Shown here in pieces: positions 37,801-39,764 of a stretch of DNA of 39,764 bases. Source of the DNA: a bacterium. Lineage in GTDB: Bacteria > SAR324 > NAC60-12. Location: positions 1 to 39,764 of the forward strand of contig CBDDTI010000723.1 in the NCBI GenBank assembly GCA_965233585.1. The letters run 5' to 3'. The notes under the pieces were generated by a model that worked only from the letters and a program-made list of their open reading frames with translations, was not told the origin of the DNA and did not search any database. The translations under genes were made by a program, and so were the position numbers. Positions within the stretch are counted from its first letter, which is position 1, and each line of letters begins with the position of its first letter.

Positions 37801-39764
37801 AATGTCACACTTTTCTCGCTGGATTTGGCAGATTCTCCCCCGATGTTGACCGCAGAGATTTTGTAGTAGTAAGTGGTGGCTTTGGTCAATCCTGTGTCAG
37901 TGTAAGACGTGGTTGTGCCTGTGTGTGCCAGCGAATAAGCCCCGCCTGAAGCCTTGCGATAGACTTTGTAACTGTTCGCCCTCACAACAGCAGTCCAAGT
38001 CAGTTTGACTTGAGTTTCTGACCCTGACACTTGAGCCACTGCCAAACCTGTTGGAACAGCTGTTGTAATCAAGGTGACGCTTTTCTCAGTTGATTTGCCA
38101 GACTCACCCCCGACATTGACCGCAGAGATTTTGTAGTAGTAAGTGTTACCTTTGGTGAGTCCTGTGTCAGTGTAAGTCGTTGTAGCACCATCATTGACCG
38201 TATGAACTAAGGTGCCAGCACTGCCTGAAGTGTTGCTGCGATAGACCTTGTAACTGGTGGCGGCTGCGTGGACAGACCAGTCTAGCTTAATTTGTGTCTC
38301 TGACCCCGTGGCTTGAACCACTGCCAAGCCTGTTGGAGCAGTCGCAGGCTTTTCTTTCAACGTCACACTTTTCTCGCTTGACTGAGCAGACTCACCCCCG
38401 ATGTTCACAGCAGAGATTTTGTAGTCATAAGTGGTGGCTTTGGTCAGTCCTGTATTTGTCCAAGTTGTTGTTGTGCCTGTGTGTGCCAGCGAGTAAGTAC
38501 CGCCTGAAGACTTGCGATAAACTTTGTAACTGGTGGCTTCTGCGTGGGCAGACCAAGTGAGCTTAATCTGTGTCTCAGAATTTTGAACTTGAGTGGCTGC
38601 TAAGTTTGTTGGAGCAGTCGCAGGTTTTTCTTTCAACGTCACACTTTTCTCGCTTGACTTGGCAGATTCGCCAGCGGCATTGACCGCAGAAATTGCGTAG
38701 TAGTTGGTTGAACCGCTGGTCAGTCCTGTATCAGTATGAAAAATGACTGAGCCATCAAAAGTTGTATGAACTAAGGTGTTGGCACTGCCTGAAGTGGTAC
38801 CGTGATAGATTTTGTATTTGGTAGCGTCTGACACAGCCGACCAAGTCAGCTTTGCCTCTGTTTCTGAACCTGCCACTTGAACGACTGCTAAATTTGCAGG
38901 GGTGTCTGGTTTTTCTGTCAAAGTGATGCTGGTCTCACTTGATTTGTCAGACTCGCCCCAGAGATTGACAGCAGAGATTTTGTAGTCATAGGTGGTGGCT
39001 TCTGTTAAACCTGTATTTGTCCAAGTTGTTGTTGTGCCTGTGTGAGCTAGTGCATAAGCACTGCCCGAAGTTTTGCGATAGACGTTGTAACTGTTCGCTC
39101 CTGTCACGGCAGTCCAAGTCAGCTTGACGCTAGTCTCTGACCCTGACACTTGAACGACTGCTAACCCTGTGGGTTTGACTGGTTTAGCAGTCAAAGTGAT
39201 GCTTTTCTCAGTTGATTTGCCAGATTCACCCCCGACATTCACAGCAGAGATTTGGTAGTGGTAGGTTGAACCTCCTGTCAGTCCTGTATCAGTGTAAGAC
39301 GTGGTTGTGCCAGTGTGAGCCAGCGAATAAGCACCGCCTGAAATTTTGCGATAAACTTTGTAACTGGTGGCTTCTGCGTGGGCAGACCAATCTAGCTTAA
39401 TTTGTGTCTCTGACCCTGACACTTGAGCCACTGCTAATCCCGTTGGGGCAGTAGAAGGTTTGGTCTTCAAGGTCAAACTTGCTTCACTTGATTTGTCAGA
39501 CTCCCCAGCAACATTGACCGCAGAGATTGTGTAGTGATGGGTTGAGCCTCTTGTCAGTCCTGTATCAGTGTAAGAAATGACTGAACCATCATTGATGGTA
39601 TGAATTAAAGTACCGACAACGCCTGAGGTGGTGCTGCGATAGACCTTGTAACCAGTGGCTGTTGACAAGGCAGACCAAGTCAGCTGGATTTTTGTCTCTG
39701 ACCCTGAAACTTGAGCCACTGCTAAACCTGTGGGTCTGTCTTTTGACCAAAGTGACACTTTCTG
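34809..39764 (-). CDS. Giant surface/adhesin-like protein, 5'-partial: 12 FN3 domains + six-bladed Kelch-like propeller + unknown C-terminal domain
   Basis: Frame is open to the window edge with no signal peptide seen; FN3 motifs PTGL...LTW...YKVYR...YTDTGL...YYYKISAVN.GES; six SW....AGW..R..HSSVVFNNKMWVLGG...DVWSSSDG repeats. Confidence 0.92.
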   Translation of the reverse strand, partial: QKVSLWSKDRPTGLAVAQVSGSETKIQLTWSALSTATGYKVYRSTTSGVVGTLIHTINDGSVISYTDTGLTRGSTHHYTISAVNVAGESDKSSEASLTLKTKPSTAPTGLAVAQVSGSETQIKLDWSAHAEATSYKVYRKISGGAYSLAHTGTTTSYTDTGLTGGSTYHYQISAVNVGGESGKSTEKSITLTAKPVKPTGLAVVQVSGSETSVKLTWTAVTGANSYNVYRKTSGSAYALAHTGTTTTWTNTGLTEATTYDYKISAVNLWGESDKSSETSITLTEKPDTPANLAVVQVAGSETEAKLTWSAVSDATKYKIYHGTTSGSANTLVHTTFDGSVIFHTDTGLTSGSTNYYAISAVNAAGESAKSSEKSVTLKEKPATAPTNLAATQVQNSETQIKLTWSAHAEATSYKVYRKSSGGTYSLAHTGTTTTWTNTGLTKATTYDYKISAVNIGGESAQSSEKSVTLKEKPATAPTGLAVVQATGSETQIKLDWSVHAAATSYKVYRSNTSGSAGTLVHTVNDGATTTYTDTGLTKGNTYYYKISAVNVGGESGKSTEKSVTLITTAVPTGLAVAQVSGSETQVKLTWTAVVRANSYKVYRKASGGAYSLAHTGTTTSYTDTGLTKATTYYYKISAVNIGGESAKSSEKSVTLIEKTAVPTGLAVAQVQNSETEAKLTWTAVAGANSYKVYRKASGGAYSLAHTGTTTSYTDTGLTKATTYDYKISAVNIGGESAQSVEKSVTLKAKPTKPTGLAVAQVSGSETEAKLTWNAATGASSYKVYRSTTSGSVGTLVNTINDGTTSYTNTGLTRGSTYYYTVSAINIGGESAKSSEKNVTLQTKLSVAPAGLAAAQVSGSETQVKLTWSAVTGATSYKIYRSTTSGSAGTLVNTINDGSTTVWANVPTKGITYYYTISAVNIGGESVKSSEQSVTLKEKPATAPTGLAVAQVSGSETEVKLTWSAVAGATSYKVYHSNTSGRFYSLAHTGTTTSYTETGLTKGSTYYYKISAVNVAGESAKSSEQSITLLERPAVPTITSASKEAIDTGTVVWNAIAGVSSYELYQATTTTASAFQLATTTTATTAGQHDLLAGTYYYRVKGCNSVGCSALSAASSSVKIDASWVQATASAGWAGRNQHSSVVFNNKIWVMGGFDGTNRKNDVWSSSDGVSWTRSTSSADWLKRYGHSSVVFNNKMWVIGGYSSNRYGIGTYERDVWSSSDGVSWTRSTNSAGWSVRQGHSSLVLNNKMWVLGGVGSSRLKRDVWSSSDGVSWTRSTSSPGWSSRRSAGSVVFNNKMWMLGGYDGDEVNDVWSSSNGSSWTRSTNSAGWSDRYRASSVVFNGKMWVLGGYDGTNKKNDVWSSSDGSSWTKATNSAGWSARLGHSSVVFNGKMWVLGGDDSGNKNDVWVFANASVVSKMQDSAGKAYGRSVLKLDTEQTLVSQSTRGACSTTANTLLVSVDGFVNCDAVFVKKGNGKNHVIIPEEAWAANTTYQIGIMTSIGAKPLKDVAGSILSFTTNNDTHDSTNAIKEFDVGGFSRLKGDDFHLDKDGKLWFYRSEGNTLQHYDADTCKNMFSYQNVNSDNFKPQTGNGGRTLANDVLGSGFYLIGNLNFGVIRKTKVRSLSDGTESTKSRTTYGYTFYYLCGVEIPARS
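35541..36401 (-). repeat. Six Kelch-like blade repeats (about 141-159 bp each)
   Basis: Near-identical DNA blocks such as CCATCGCTAGAAGACCAGACATC and TGTGGACCTTGTCCAA recur between blades. Confidence 0.9.
36669..39740 (-). repeat. Eleven tandem FN3-coding repeats (about 270-290 bp each)
   Basis: Recurrent blocks TCTGACCCTGACACTTGAGCCACTGCTAA and GCAGAGATTTTGTAGT; repeats 7 and 8 are almost identical. Confidence 0.92.

Noticed and set aside
39740..39764. GTG at 39758 as the true start of the giant protein
   Set aside because: The frame stays open to the window edge, begins at an FN3 linker and lacks a signal peptide, so the gene most likely starts outside the window.

Overview
An AT-rich bacterial chromosome segment; the gene repertoire suggests a deltaproteobacteria/SAR324-like organism, but that is inference only. 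About 0.6-31.1 kb is mostly housekeeping and transport: katG, asd, hisN-like IMPase, a TPR protein plus an unknown helical protein, SDR, a TerB-PilZ-DUF2225-like fusion, HAD hydrolase, astA, aapJQM without aapP, folP, a stand-alone LigA domain-Ia-like protein, rodZ-like gene, FG-GAP lipoprotein, crcB, trkAH, 3'-5' exonuclease, YfgM-like TPR, rpoZ, and tctCBA interrupted by a foreign-looking gene. The most unusual part is 31.4-34.8 kb. There, three short minus-strand genes (one DUF1640-like, two paralogous coiled-coil + PD-(D/E)XK proteins) are separated by dense mosaics of REP-like palindromes from at least two, probably three, families. The units share a promoter/leader module, one copy of which has no ORF behind it, and the last codons and stop codon of both nuclease-like genes coincide with a REP arm. 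This looks like a repeat-delimited gene-cassette array, but no recombinase or transposase is in the window. The window ends inside a giant surface protein (5' end missing) with 12 FN3 domains, a six-bladed Kelch-like propeller with variable loops, and an unrecognised C-terminal domain. A probable degraded VirB2/TrbC pilin gene lies at the window start. All assignments come from reading motifs by eye; no searches were run.
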